From Oikopleura dioica (lineage: Eukaryota; Animalia; Chordata): a stretch of 64,000 nt of DNA. The stretch is from NCBI GenBank assembly GCA_907165135.1, contig OU015567.1, positions 7,440,001-7,504,000 on the forward strand. Reading direction: 5' to 3'. Below, piece after piece: positions 1 through 12,987 of the stretch. The notes beneath the pieces were generated by a model. The model had not been told where the DNA came from. It saw only the letters and a list, made by a program, of their open reading frames with translations, and made no database searches. A program made the position numbers and the translations under genes. Each line of letters begins with the position of its first letter. Position 1 is the stretch's first letter.

Positions 1-3000
1 ACCGAGGTCGAGGCAGTTGATCTCAAAGTTGTCAGTATTGCCCCTTTCAAAGAGATCTCTCCATCTTTGCTGCAGAGGCATTTTTCCAGAGTCGCCGAGG
101 GAACCATAGACTGTCAGTTTGACATTTGCGTCCGTGCCTGCTTTCCTTTCATCACAGGTTGAGACTGCCACGCTGTAGGTGATATTCTGCCGATTTCTTT
201 GTTTCGCTTAATATTTTTCAATCATTCATGTTCAATTATTCTAAATTACCGATTCCGTCTTCAAGTGAGACAGTAGCAGTGACGCCATTTCTGTCCACCC
301 AGTTATCCACAATCGCCAAGTACTTATTGCCACCAAATACCGCCTCAACAGTTGAAATATATGTCTTCTCAGCTCTTGAGCCGTCTAAGCTGATCGCAAT
401 TTCTTGTAATTCGCCGACGCCTTTACTCGTTTCGGGGTCGAAGCGACGGGATTCACCTTTTTTTAGACCAAGCGGATTTCGCAGACGCATTTCTGTCGAA
501 CCAGTTGATCCCATCAATTTCAGCTAAAAATATGATCATTGTTGTTGAAATAAAACGGAGTGTACCTTGAGCGACTCAGATGTTCCGGCATTTTTGACAT
601 CAGCGCAAGAAATGGTGAAATTGTATTCAGTCTTCTGATTGTCTCCAGCACCACCTGTCATATTTGTTGGAACCAGCTCACGGACAATTTGCCGATCTCC
701 TTCGCTCTTTGCCAGCCACTGTCCGCATGGGAAGAACCACTCTTTCTCTCCTGCTTTCACTCGTACGTGTTCCAAGTGCCAGCCGGACTTGAATCCCTTG
801 TTATCGTGCTGGATTCTGAGCGTGGCGAGCTCTCCAAGGTCAGGTTTATTGACGAATTTAAAGATATCGGTCTGGTTACGCTCAAATGGATCCTCGTTGT
901 TGCCATTTTCTAGCGCCCAGACACCAGAGGTACCTGAAAACAATCAATAAAGGTGACATAAATTTGATTTACCGTTTTGGCCAGTAATTTCACAGATAAC
1001 ATTCGCATCAGTTCCACAACCAAAAAGATCAGAAGTCTTCACTTCGATTTCATAGTCAAGAAATTTCGCAGAACCGCGAGGCATGAGCTGAACAGTTTGT
1101 CCGCCCTCAGTTCTTTCGGTTCCATTGAAGACGTAGATTTTTCCCGAGTCTTTGTTTCTAACTTCAATCTTTTCACAGAACCAACTGACTTTTTTCTCTC
1201 TTCTTCCGAAAAGTCCACCGCCTTCAACAGCATCAGTCGATACCTTTGCTGTCACCATTTTTATCGGCTCGATGTCCTCAAGATCAATGTCGAAAATATC
1301 CCTTCCAGCTCGGGAGAATGATTCTTCTGATCGCTCAAGTTTGACATCAGCAAGCGTTTTGCTCTCGCCAGTAAATGTCAAGTAAACATCACCTTATTCT
1401 GTTCAGAAATATTTTTAATTGATAAGAAAAGAATGATTGATGTAATTAATTATTCATTATTTTACGTCATCTTATTTCTGAACTGAGCCTTCATCAAGAC
1501 CTGCCCCATCTTCATCAGCCGTCATAACTGTAACTTCATAGGCCGTTTTTGCAGTGCCTTCTTCGATTGGCAGCGCATCTTCAGCATTGAAAACTCTATT
1601 GAGAAGACCGTCTCCTTCCGTCTTGCAATACCAGTTGTTCACTTTGAAGAAGTACGTCTTTGCCTTGAGAGGAAGATGAACCTCTAGGAGTTCGACGAAC
1701 CAGCTCTCGTCTAAGTTCCTGACTCCAAGTTCAACTTTTGTAAGTTCTCCAACATCCATGTTTTCGAATGCCCAAGAGTCGACCGAGTCTTTTACGAATT
1801 TGTCCTGTCCGGTTGGGATTGGAAGATTGATTCGTTTCGTTGCCTTTTCATTGTCAACCGATGATGTTGTTGATGATCGACGACGATCACGTGTTGGCTC
1901 GTATTCCAGGACATCGTCAGATTTGCCATAGAAGCGAATGTATGCATCTGGCTCACTAGAATAGAATAATTTTATGTGGATAACTATCTTTACTCACGTT
2001 GTAGAAGATGCTCCAGGAATAGAGCCTGTTTTGATTCTCACTTCATACTTAGTAGCTGGTCCCTCAAAGTCGCCCTTTCCAATCGATCTTCCGGAGCTGG
2101 TAGACATTGCTGACATTGTCGATTTCGATGTCATCTTTTCCGGATCATAGCCCTTGATATACAGAGTTCTTGAAATCTTCTTGTCCTTGAGCCATTTTTC
2201 TGCTGGGAAAACGGCTGGTTCGTTTTCTCCATCAGAAATTTCCACGCTTCCGAGGAACCAGTCCGAGCCCAAGATTCCACTGTTGTCATGGCGAATGACC
2301 ATTTTGAAGACTTGCCCTAAATCTGGCGTTGTTACTGTGAAGGTATCGAGCTGTCCACGCTCGAATTTGTTTCTGTTCTCGGATTCGAGAAGCGGGAATT
2401 CAGGAGATTCACCGTTTTCGCCAAGAAGTTTGATGAAAACATTCGAATTGGTTCCGGCTCCCATTTTGTCGCCAGTAAACACCTTGATTGTGTAAGTCTT
2501 GTTTTCAATCAACGTCCCTCCTGCGAGCAGATCGAGTTCAATTCGCTTATCCAACTCGTCGGACGCCAGCCATCTGTTGGCGCTAAAGACCGTCTCCTCC
2601 GACCCAGACGCGATATCTTTGACGTCTTTCATCGTCCTTACGACGACTTTGTCCAGATGCCAGCCCGATTTAAATCCGTTATCATCGTGGCCGATTCTTA
2701 ATTTTTCAATAGGACCTACATTTGTTAATTCAAATGTGAATATATCGCAGTTGCCGGCTTCGAATCGCTGTCTTCTTTCGAACTTATCCGGGCATAAGAA
2801 AATCTTGTCTGATGAAGATCCGTCTTCGCCGAAAAGCTGAACGTAGACATTTGCATTTGTTCCGCTTCCTCTGTTGTCTGTGGTGTAAACGCTGAACTCG
2901 TAAGGAATCTTTGGCACAACTATTTCTGTATCACCATCATCTGGGTACAAATCTCGCTCGATGAGTTGATCCTCTTCATCTTTTGCAAACCATCGTCCAA

Positions 3001-6000
3001 CTGGGAAACGCCAGGCTTTTCCCTCGCCAGGGCATTCAATTTCGACGTAAGAAACGTACCAGCCTGATTTGAAACCTGCATTGTCGTGCCCAAGTCTGAT
3101 CTTTTTCAAATCGCCGAGGTTTATCGCTTCCACAGAGAATTGATCAAGTTGATCGCGTTCCCATTTATTTCTGTTATTACTCGTCTTGAGCTGGATTTTT
3201 CCAGAGTCGTCTTCTTCACCGAAGAGTTGAATGTAGACATTGGCGTCGGTTCCAGCACCTCTTCTGTCGCCGGTTTTGATTGAAATATTGTACGTATCGA
3301 CGGCGGCTTTTTGCTCGAGAGCGATGGAATTTCGGCCTTTGTTCTGCCACTGAGAAATGGGAATGGGGATCAAGCTTCGTTCGACTTGACCATCATCTTC
3401 ATCAACTGCTAGCCATCGTTTGCACGGGAATGCCATCTGCTCCGACATTCCTGGCCCAGATACTTTCACGTGATCGACGTACCAACCTGCCTTGAAGCCG
3501 GAGTTATCATGACGGATCCTGAGAGATGTCAATTCGCCCAGCTCGGCTGCTTTGATTGTGAAGGTATCCGTCTGATTTCGTTCAAACTTGTTGAGATTCT
3601 CCGACGAAGTCAGTGGTCGTTCGCCAGTGTCGCCATTTTCACCCGTCAGCGTGATGAAAACATTCGCATTTGTTCCACAACCCCGCTCATCACCAGTGAC
3701 GACTTCGATTTTGTACTCAACTTCGTTTATGTCTCCAACTGGATTGCCTGACTCGTCGGTGGGCAAAAGCTCTCTGACAATTTGCTTGTCATCCTTTTTC
3801 TTATCAAACCACTTGTCACAAACAAAAATGGTCTTTTCAACCTCTCCTTTGCCATTTTTCGTCGAAATGACTACCCGGTCGAGATTCCACGCTGAACCAA
3901 CTTTTGAATCATCATGTCCGATTCTGATCTTTTGGATTTTTCCCACATCTACGTCTTCTATTTTGAACTGGTCGACTTTGCCCCGCTCAAAGTTGTCAGA
4001 TCTGTCGTTGAGGATTTTTTCTTCTGTTTTGCTCTCTTCTCCGTAGATTTGAATGAAAACATTGGCATCTGTGCCCGCAAATCGGACGTCACCAGTTGTT
4101 ACCTCGATTTGGTAAGGAATAGTTCCGTCTCTGTTTGCTGTTTCTGTTGGAGCCAATTCTCGCCAGGTTTCACCATCATCTTCGTCAGAAGCAAACCAGC
4201 GATTGACCGTGAAAACGTATGCTTTTCCTATTTCTGGCACTTCCAGCTCAAGGTATTCAACATGCCAGCCATCTTTCAAGCCTCGGGCGTCGTGCCCAAG
4301 TAAGATTTTGGTAACATCACCGACATTTGGCGCTTCCATGTGGAAAATGTCAACTTGGCCGCGCTCAAATTTATCTCGGATTCGATTTTCGTTGAGCTTC
4401 AATGGCATTAATTCTGTTGTTCCATCCTCGCCGTAGATTTTTAAAGAGACGTTTGCATTTGTCCCTGAATTCAAAATATCAGAGGTTTTAACGCGGACTG
4501 TGTAGCGAGTCGTGTGGAGCATTTCATTGCCGTCGAGGTAGAGATCTCGGAAGAGCTTTCCATCTTCTTTTCGCTGGTCTAGCCAACGGCCGCAGATGAA
4601 TTCTTGGCTCACTCCACTGGCAATATCAACCACTTCTACCGAGTCGCAGAACCAACCAGCGTTTCCGCCCCAGTTATCGTGCCCAATTTGCACGTGATTT
4701 ATCTCCTGAAGATCGACAGCTTGAAGGATGAATTCATCAGTGTTTTTCCTCTCGAACTTATTTCGATTCTGAGATTTTTCTAGGGCTCTTTTTCCAGAAT
4801 CGCCAAGGCCGTAGAGAATCACGTAGACATTTGCATCTGTACCAGCTCCAAAAACATCTCCAGTTTTGACGATGACTTTGTAATCTTTCAATTCTCCCGG
4901 CTTTTTCACCTTCTGTCCCGTTGCTGGGAGCTCTCGTACGATTTGCCCATCATCTTCATCAGTAGCAAGCCATCTGTCACAGAAGAATTCATAAACTTCG
5001 TCCGTATTTGCTTTCGAAAGCTCGACGCGATCAAGATGCCAACCAGCCATCGGCCTCGACCCGTCATGCCAGACGCGGATTTTGTAAAGCTGATCAAAGT
5101 CTGGCGGAAGATCCAAAGTGAAACGATCCATCTGACCTTTTTCAAAGTTGTCTGTTTGATTGTCCAGTGGAATTTCATCCGAACGATTTCCTTGAACATC
5201 GTAGACTTGGACGAAAACATTGGCGTTGGTTCCAGCGCCGCGAACTTCCGAAGTCCAGAATTTCGCTACGTAACCGTGCCCTTCTCCAAGATATCGCCGC
5301 TTGGACTTGGTCTCCATTAGTTTTCTCTGAGAAGAATTGGTTTTGCTTTGCTCGAGCCATTCGCCGCAATCAAAGGTTTGTTCCAACCCAGTAGTGTTTG
5401 AATAAATCACCACTTTGTCCAAGAACCAGCCGGGGCCGCGACCAGAGTTGTCATGCCCAACATGAATGTACTTAATCGGTGAGAAGTTGTCCGCCATTTC
5501 GAGATTATTGTGATCGACATCTTTCCTCTCCCACTTTCCTTGAAGCTCAACTCGACCAGAATCTTCTCCTGCTTCGGAAAACAGCTGAACCCAGACATTT
5601 GCGTCCGTTCCAGCGTTACGCTCGTCGCCAGTGTAAATAGAGACTTTATGGATGTAAATGTCTTCTCTGCCGCCAAGTTGAAACTCCCGCTCGATTTTTC
5701 CATCATCTTCTGACTTGGCAAACCAGCGCTGGCAAATGAACTCGTAAGGTTTTCCCTCGACCTCGATCTCCACTTTTTCCAGATACCATCCAGGCTTTGG
5801 TCCTTTATTATTGTGCCCGATTCTGATCTTCTCCGGGATTCCCACAGACGGAAGTTTGAGCAAGAAAGTGTCAGTTTTGCCCCGTTCAAAATTATTCTCC
5901 ATTCTATTGTCGAGATATTTCTTTCCAGTATCGCCCATGTCGCCAAATACAGTCAGATAAACATCTGCATCTGTTCCGGCTCCTCGGAAATCACCAGTTG

Positions 6001-7388
6001 TTATTTTAATCGAGTAATTGGTCAGTTGAGCTTTTTGAGAAGGATCGGATGTTCCAACCAGATCTCGGAACATTCCTTCCTTGTCATTCAGCCAAGATCC
6101 ACAGTAAAAGTACTGTTTGTCATTCGGCCTGATTTGGTTTGTCACAACAAGTCGTTCGAGGAACCAGTCTGATCCGCGACCCCTGCCGTCTTGCTCGATT
6201 CGGACCTTTTTGATGCCTCCAACATCTACACCAGGAATGACAAACACATCCGATTGCCCGCGCTCGAAGGTATCGACAGTTTTTGAAATAAGAGGACATT
6301 TCTCCGTCTGCCCGCGTTTTCCATAAAGCGTTATGAAAACATTCGCATCAGTTCCAGCACCAACCCTGTCTCCTGTAATGACTACGACTTCATACTTCGT
6401 CTTTTGCAGCTTTTTCCCGCGAACGGCCTGTATTTCTCGCGAAATCTGACAATCCCCGCGGTAAAGTGAAAGCCACTTTTCACAATTGAAAAGGTAAGTT
6501 TCCGGCGAATCTTCAGGTGTTACCGCTATTGATTTCAAAAACCAAGAAGCGGATTCTTCGTACCCATCGTGTTCAATCACAATTTTTCCAAGACCCCGAC
6601 GTTTTTAAAATGCATGGAAAAAGTATGAGCAGAGCCGCGGGAAAACTTGAACGGACACAAGTCTGGATCTTGTTGCCCGTTGCCAGAGATTTTGTAAATT
6701 CGTTGCTTCTTCGATTGTCCTTTGGAGCCGATCAGGGTCAAATAAACGCGAGCTTCAGTTCCGGCGCCTTTCATGTCGCCAGTTTCAACTCTGACTTTGT
6801 ATTTGATCTGGCCGCGGACTTTCTTGCCCTTTTTGTTCGTCAGACCAAATTTTTTCTTATAGAAATCGACCATGTGTTTGTCGTTCATGGTGTCATATCC
6901 TTTTATTCCACTTGAAGCGGGTCTAAGTGGCTGGAGACCGTATCCACCTCCACCGCCAAAGCCGCCTCGATTTCCTCCTTCTCCAAGGAGAGGATTTGGC
7001 TTTGGTTTCTTTGACGGAGCACTAATAGGTCGAGGAGTCGGTCGCTTAGGCGTTTGACATTGAACGTCTTTCAAATCGAGCGCTGGCGGCGGAGTTGGTT
7101 CTGGCCTCGGGCGTGGCTGCGGCTGATGGGTTTGTGTGAAACTATCTCGCCCTGTATTTGTCCCGGAGGAATTGTGAGTGATCTGCTGAATTCGTTTTGG
7201 AACGGCTTGATCCCGTCTTGTAAGAATTCGCTCCTGCGCTCCAGGAGGCGGGGACGATCCCAAAGCCGCGCTTCCATCGGAATCGTCCCGTGATTTCTCG
7301 GTGGCTGAATTCCTGGCTGCAGAACCATCGTCATCACTGGCGAGGAGTTCATATAGAAAGGGTTTCTATTTCGCTCCCGGCCCCACAT
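1..7388 (-). CDS. LOXHD1: Lipoxygenase homology (PLAT/LH2) domain-containing protein 1; runs off the window start; 5' end unresolved
   Basis: Many tandem PLAT repeats (Y.V.V.TGD..GAGTDANV...FERG..D.F...HDN.G...GW.L..V) in ORFs 6577-7263, 1994-6580, 1472-1759, 944-1381, 536-943, 236-517 and in 1-200. Short GT-AG introns join them (e.g. 524-565). Apparent 1-nt frameshift at 6583-6587. Confidence 0.9.
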
Positions 7389-7886
7389 CTTCTTATTTTC
7401 TTCGTTTTCGATCTCTTTTAAAGTATTCTCTTATCGGTTTTCAGTTTTCTATAATAAAAAATGTCATCAGAAGATTCTTTTTTTTTTATTTTTCGTCTGC
7501 TGTGGATAACGGAATTATTGTGGACTCAATGACGTGACGACCAGTTGCCATGTCTACCTGCGGCCCAACAAAGAGAAATGTACGACTAACTGCGACCTGT
7601 TTACAATGGCGATTTTTCTGATAATAATAAATACGAATTTTCGATAAATTCCTTTGAATCGCTCTTCAGTAACATTTTTTTCAACAATATTCATTTGAAA
7701 GTCATAATTTTCAACCAAAAGATGAACATTGATAAGCCCCCGTCTCTCAGCCAAGAGCTTCATCTAAGAAATCTTTCTAGATATTTCATTTCGATGAGAT
7801 CCTCGATGTTTTGGCAGGATTTCACCCCTAAAACTTAAAAACTTATATTTTATTTTTTACTTATTCGATTTTGCTGGAGTAGAGAA

Positions 7887-8622
7887 ATGGCTGGTAAAAA
7901 GAGGGGCAGACCATCGAAGAAGGACAAGGGTAAGTCTGGTGCTAAATGAAAATTTAAGCCAATGAAATTTTGTCATTTTGAAAATTATATTCAGAAGCAG
8001 AAAAACTTAACAAGGAGCTGAACAGTCTTCCTCGTGTCAAGATGATCAAAGAGAGACACAAGCTTGATACTGAGAACAATGTTCAGGAACGGGTCAATTT
8101 TTTGATAATCAATCGGAATTTCCGTTTTGTCCTCTTGAAATCAAGAAAGACTCACTAGCTTGGTTGATCCTAAATAAGTTCCCCGAGCCATCAACAAAAC
8201 CTCCTCCAGTCGAAGCTCCAGCACGCCTTGATGATGAAACTCTGCTCAGTAGATCTGCAGAAATTCTCAAAGCTCTGAATCGACCAGTATCGACCATCGA
8301 TCTGACAGACGAAGTCGAGCCGCCACCATCACTTGTCGATCTGACAGTAAGAAAATCCGTTCCGCTTGAAAAGTTCATGCGTCCGCCATTTTCCAACTTT
8401 CGCTTCGTCAAGCCCCAGGAAGGGATGAAAGCCGCTTTTTCAGACAAGTTATTTTTGAAAAGCAATAAGATAGAAAGCATTCTAATCGGGGACACGGACG
8501 ATGAGTCGGCCACCCAGACCAGATTATTAAAAATGATAACAGCTGGCGCGTTCTCTCATTCTTCTCAAAACAAAATCTATCGAACCTCCTTCGTTCTATC
8601 GTGTGTTCTAATCAATATTTAA
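7887..8622 (+). CDS. Unknown protein with N-terminal AT-hook-like motif (MAGKKRGRPSKK); about 3 exons, 3' end uncertain
   Basis: ATG at 7887; GT-AG introns join it in frame to ORF 8164-8622 (…ER|KDSLAWLILNKFPEP). Confidence 0.55.
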
Positions 8623-8693
8623 TCAGAAAATTCCTTACACTGTTCTATATAAAGTGGAGAGTTGTTGATTGCGTGATTATTTCAATTCAGAGA

Positions 8694-8849
8694 ATGAAAA
8701 ACTTCTTTTTATTTTTTATTTTATTTGCCTTGGTTTTCGCTTTTCCGATAATTGAAGACTTCGGAATCGAAAAACGAGGAGATTTTTATGAACACTTAAA
8801 AGAACTCTTCATCAATTTTTTTCAACCACATGATCCTTACGAATGGTAA
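8694..8849 (+). CDS. Small secreted prepropeptide 1 (signal peptide, KR site, GDF… mature peptide)
   Basis: MKNFFLFFILFALVFAFPIIEDFGIEKR|GDFYEHLKELFINFFQPHDPYEW*; TATATAAAG about 45 nt upstream; ttcag just before the ATG. Confidence 0.55.
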   Translation: MKNFFLFFILFALVFAFPIIEDFGIEKRGDFYEHLKELFINFFQPHDPYEW

Positions 8850-9190
8850 AAGAACTCTTTCATCTCTTCGATAGAAACCGAGACCTCCCATCAAACTCAG
8901 ACAGTATGCTCGACCCAAGGGCCTTGGACCAAATTATGATTCAGACGAAGATCACTAGCTTACTTTTTTCTTCCCCCTACTTTTTCTTTCAACTCTCTAA
9001 CTGCCATATTTCATTTATTTAAATCTAATAAATTTACGCAAACTGTCACAAACTCGGTTATTTCGAGCAATTATTGGCATTTCCAGTAAATGAACTTTCA
9101 AAAAGAAAGCATGATAATAATTAAAAATGCATTTAAAATGCGTTGATTGTTGCGCAAAGTTTACAGTTCACTAAAAACAGAATTCGGTGA

Positions 9191-9367
9191 ATGAGAGGAT
9201 TTTCTTTCTTTTTGATATTATTCGTTGAAGCTTTTGCTTTAGCGGAAACACCTGGATTTGAAGTTCAGAAAAGAGGAGACTTCATGTCTTATATGAAAAG
9301 AGCCATCGACATAAAAAAGAAATATGTCAAGAGGCTTTTCCATATGTACGTCCATCGACAACTATGA
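9191..9367 (+). CDS. Small secreted prepropeptide 2 (58 aa; paralog of 8694-8849; not in the ORF track)
   Basis: Hand translation: MRGFSFFLILFVEAFALAETPGFEVQKR|GDFMSYMKRAIDIKKKYVKRLFHMYVHRQL*. Confidence 0.55.
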   Translation: MRGFSFFLILFVEAFALAETPGFEVQKRGDFMSYMKRAIDIKKKYVKRLFHMYVHRQL

Positions 9368-9515
9368 TCATCTCGTAAAAAAGAACCGCGATCATCTATC
9401 CTGAGTCAAACGACAAACCCTCTGATCTCTTTATCCATATTTTAGTAAGAATAAAAACACAAATTAGAAAAAAATCGAGTTTATTGTTTCATTTTTTTTT
9501 CGAAGAAAAATTGAT

Positions 9516-11507
9516 TTACGCGAAGCCAGCTTCCTTGTAGCACTCGTAGACGTTCTTGAGCGAGGTAATGTAGGCGGCGGTTCGGATGTCGAGTCCCAAG
9601 TTGTAAGTTTCGGCAGTTTCCATGATCTTGGTTCCGGAGCGTTTCATGGTAAAGGCGAGGCCAGAGTGGACGATGTCTTTCTCGGTGGCGCCGTGGATTC
9701 GCTTTTCCAAGTCAGCGGAAGGAGTCACTTTCTTGCCGATGGAATCTGTGACGGACTCTGAAAAGGGAAATTAAAATTTGGTTTCGATTTGAAGACTTAC
9801 GGAGGATAGCCAAGTTCTGGTCTCGAGTGAATTCCCAAGTGAGTCGGCCGTAAGAAACGTGGTTCAAGTTCTTGAGCCATTCGAAGTAGGAGACGGTGAC
9901 GCCACCAGCGTTGAGGTAGAGATCGGGAATGACGAGGCACTTGTTCTTGACGAGGATATCGTGAGCTTTGGGAGTGACGGGGCCGTTGGCACCTTCGGCG
10001 ATGACCTTGGCTTTGATGCGGCCGGCGTTGTCGGCGGTGATGACCTTTTCTTTGGCGCAGGCGCCGAGGATGTCGCACTCGACTTCGATGAGACTGCCTT
10101 CCTTGGCTTCGTCCCAAGCTCGGGCGCCGGAGAAGCCAGTGATGCTGCCGGTCTTCAACTTGTGCTCGTCCAAAGCGTAGATGTCGATGCCGTTCTCGTT
10201 GAAGAGGCAGCCGTCCCATTCGACAACACCGATGCATTTAGCGCCCTAGACATAAAAATAAGCTAACGTCAATGGATAAAAACTTACGTGGCGGTCGAAG
10301 TATCGAGAAGAGTGGAATCCGACATTACCGAATCCCTGCATGACGTAAGTCTTTCCCTTGAGCCCAGTGGTGAGTCCAACCATGTCCATGTACTTTTTAG
10401 AGTTGCAGAAGAGATCGACTCCGTGGTAGACTCCTCGGCCAGTCGCAGAGACTCGTCCATGAACACCACCTAAGATAACGCGTGTTAAAAACCAGATTTT
10501 AAAGAGTAATTTCAAAAAGAAGAGCTTCTTTCGGAGTGCACTTTAGACAAGAAAACTAAGTGTTCTGAGTTTTTTGAGTTTCGATTTATGATTTAAAGCG
10601 CGCTCTCAATTGAACCGTTGGAACACTCAGTTGATGACGATGAATTATGAATAGAAGTTCTGGCAGAGAAAAGTAAGTACCTTGAGAAATGGGCTTTCCA
10701 GTGACGCATCCAGCAGCGTTGAGATCGGTTGGGTGGAGTCGCTGGTACTCGTTCGCCATCCAGGCCATTTCCTGCTCGCCAGTGTACATGTCAGGAGCGG
10801 GAACGTCGATGGAAGGTCCCAAGAAACCGTGCTGAAGAAAAAAATATTTTCTAGAATAACTTGAGTTTTTTACCTTGCTGAGCTGCTGAGTAAAAGCTCG
10901 AGTGATTCGCTCGAGTTCATTCTTTGAGTACTTTTTCGAGTCGCAGGTGATTCCGGCCTTGGCGCCGCCGAAGGGGACATCAGCGACGGAGCACTTCCAG
11001 GTCATCAGAGCAGCGAGAGCCTTGACCTCGTCCATGTCGACGTCGGGGGCGTATCGCATGCCACCCTTGGTGGGAAGACGGTGGTGCGAGTGCTGAGCTC
11101 TGTAGCCGGAGAAAACCTGAAAATGGCTTTACGAGTGGCTTTTTCGTTCGATTCTAACCTGGCAAGAGCCGTCATCCATTCGAACTCGGAAGGATGTCTC
11201 GAGAACAGTGTTGCAGGGCATCATATGGTTGAAAATTCCTTGGATATCATTTTTCTTCTGAGTAGCGCTTCGTTTAGCTGCTTCGGCTTGAGCTGAGCGG
11301 GCGGCATTGTCATAACCGACTAGCAAAGAAAATTAGAATGGGTTGAGAACAGTCAGGCTTACGTTTAATTTGAGAGTCTTCGATAAGTTTAGTTTCCAAA
11401 ATATTGGCAGAGGCCTTGGTAAAGTCCAAAACCATCGAGTAGAATTTTGGATTGTCAGCCTTGGCCGAGGTGGAAGCAGCTCGGATAAATGTTTGGGAGA
11501 GCTTCAT
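9516..11507 (-). CDS. GLUD1: Glutamate dehydrogenase, 7 exons
   Basis: Motifs [71 protein letters not shown]; all introns GT-AG. Confidence 0.96.
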
Positions 11508-11689
11508 CTTTACTTGATAACTAAATTAATGATTGTATTGATGATCTGCAATGAAATTCTGTGACGAAAAAGAAACCTGCGAAAATGAAAAATGCGTCTT
11601 ACCTGGATAGTAAAAAAACAAAAACTGATAAGCAACTGCTGATAAATGAAAAACAACGAAGGATGTTCTAGAGATGTGTATTTATTTCA

Positions 11690-12788
11690 TTATTTAGATC
11701 TCAATTTTTGTGATGATGACTTCTTCAAATTTTGCATGTATCTACATAACTCTTTCCCTTCTAAATTCAGTAGTTCGTCAGATCTATCCGCTCTTTCCTT
11801 GAACTCGTTGAATAATTTTAGTTCTTTTTCCATTTTTTCAGCGCCAAATTCTTCGATTTTCTTGAACAATGTTCTATTTGCAGCTTCGTGAATCGCTTTA
11901 TCGACTTTTTGGCGATCAAGAATCTTTTCTATCATTTGTTCAGAAAGATCATCGACGTGGAACTCTTTTTTCTGGTTCTTTTTCGCGCTGAAATAAACGA
12001 TATCTTCATATTTGAGCCTCAAAAGCTCCTTCAAAAGAATCAAGCTTTCATCGAAATGCTCTGTTATCAGAATAAGATCGTAGTATCCAACAAGCCATTC
12101 GGCCACAGCCCTTTCTGATCCGAGCTTTTCATAAATGTCCATCAAGCCTAAAAGTAACAGTAAGGAGAAAGATGATTATAGTACCTAAATCAAAAGCACA
12201 CGGATTTCGCCCATTCTCCAGAAATCTCGCATTGCCAACCCGTTTTCCAAGATTTTCTTTCGCAATAAATTGTTCAAAAGCTTTGAGTTTTTGGCTATTA
12301 TCTTTGAATCCCATGTCTATATGAGAAAAATAAAACCAAGCCGAGATGATCTGAGTTACTGGGTCGCGTAAAATCGTAATTTTCTTTGCAGTCGGCAGTG
12401 CTTTATCAATGAAAGGGGACCAAACATGATGATTGGCGATGACTTGGTAATTGCCATCAGGTTCGTCTGTACAGTTAGCTTTGATGGGCCTGTGTTTGCA
12501 GAGATAAACTTCGTCTCCTTTTGGTAAGCCGACTGTCAAGTTGTATGTCAAGGCGTAACGGTAAATGATGTTTTGCAAAGTTGAGCTTCCAGTTTTGTGC
12601 GTTTTCATAAAATAAACTGGATACGCTTCAAAAGGCTCTTCCTCTTCCTGCGGATCAACATAATCAACCACCAGGTCTTCAGAAAAACGCAGATACGACA
12701 TCTCTATAAAGACAATAATGAATAAAAAAATCAGGACAACCAGATAAGTGGTTTTCGAGTCGGATAATTTCATCGCTGTGAAAATCAT
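11690..12788 (-). CDS. Galactose-3-O-sulfotransferase family member, copy A (2 exons)
   Basis: Type II anchor, FMKTHKTGSSTLQNI (5'-PSB motif), ILRDP…SAWFYF, LILITEHFDESLILLK. Confidence 0.9.
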
Positions 12789-12987
12789 TTTCTTAAAAGT
12801 TAAAAAGCTTAGCTAAGCGAATGAGCAACGGTTGGAGCGTACTCAGCCGACCGTTCTCGCGCGTAAGTTTTCTTCCTCAGGGCAGGCGAGTATTCTAGGG
12901 CCACTATTTTAACATAGGTCATCCCCTTGTTACCAGGATAAACATCGGCGAAAATCAAAATTTAGCAGGATAGACCTCTGGCAAAAC

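Noticed and set aside
7071-7263. Two overlapping long frames at the LOXHD1 5' end (possible dual coding)
   Set aside because: Low-complexity region with an unresolved start; more simply explained by chance or an indel error.
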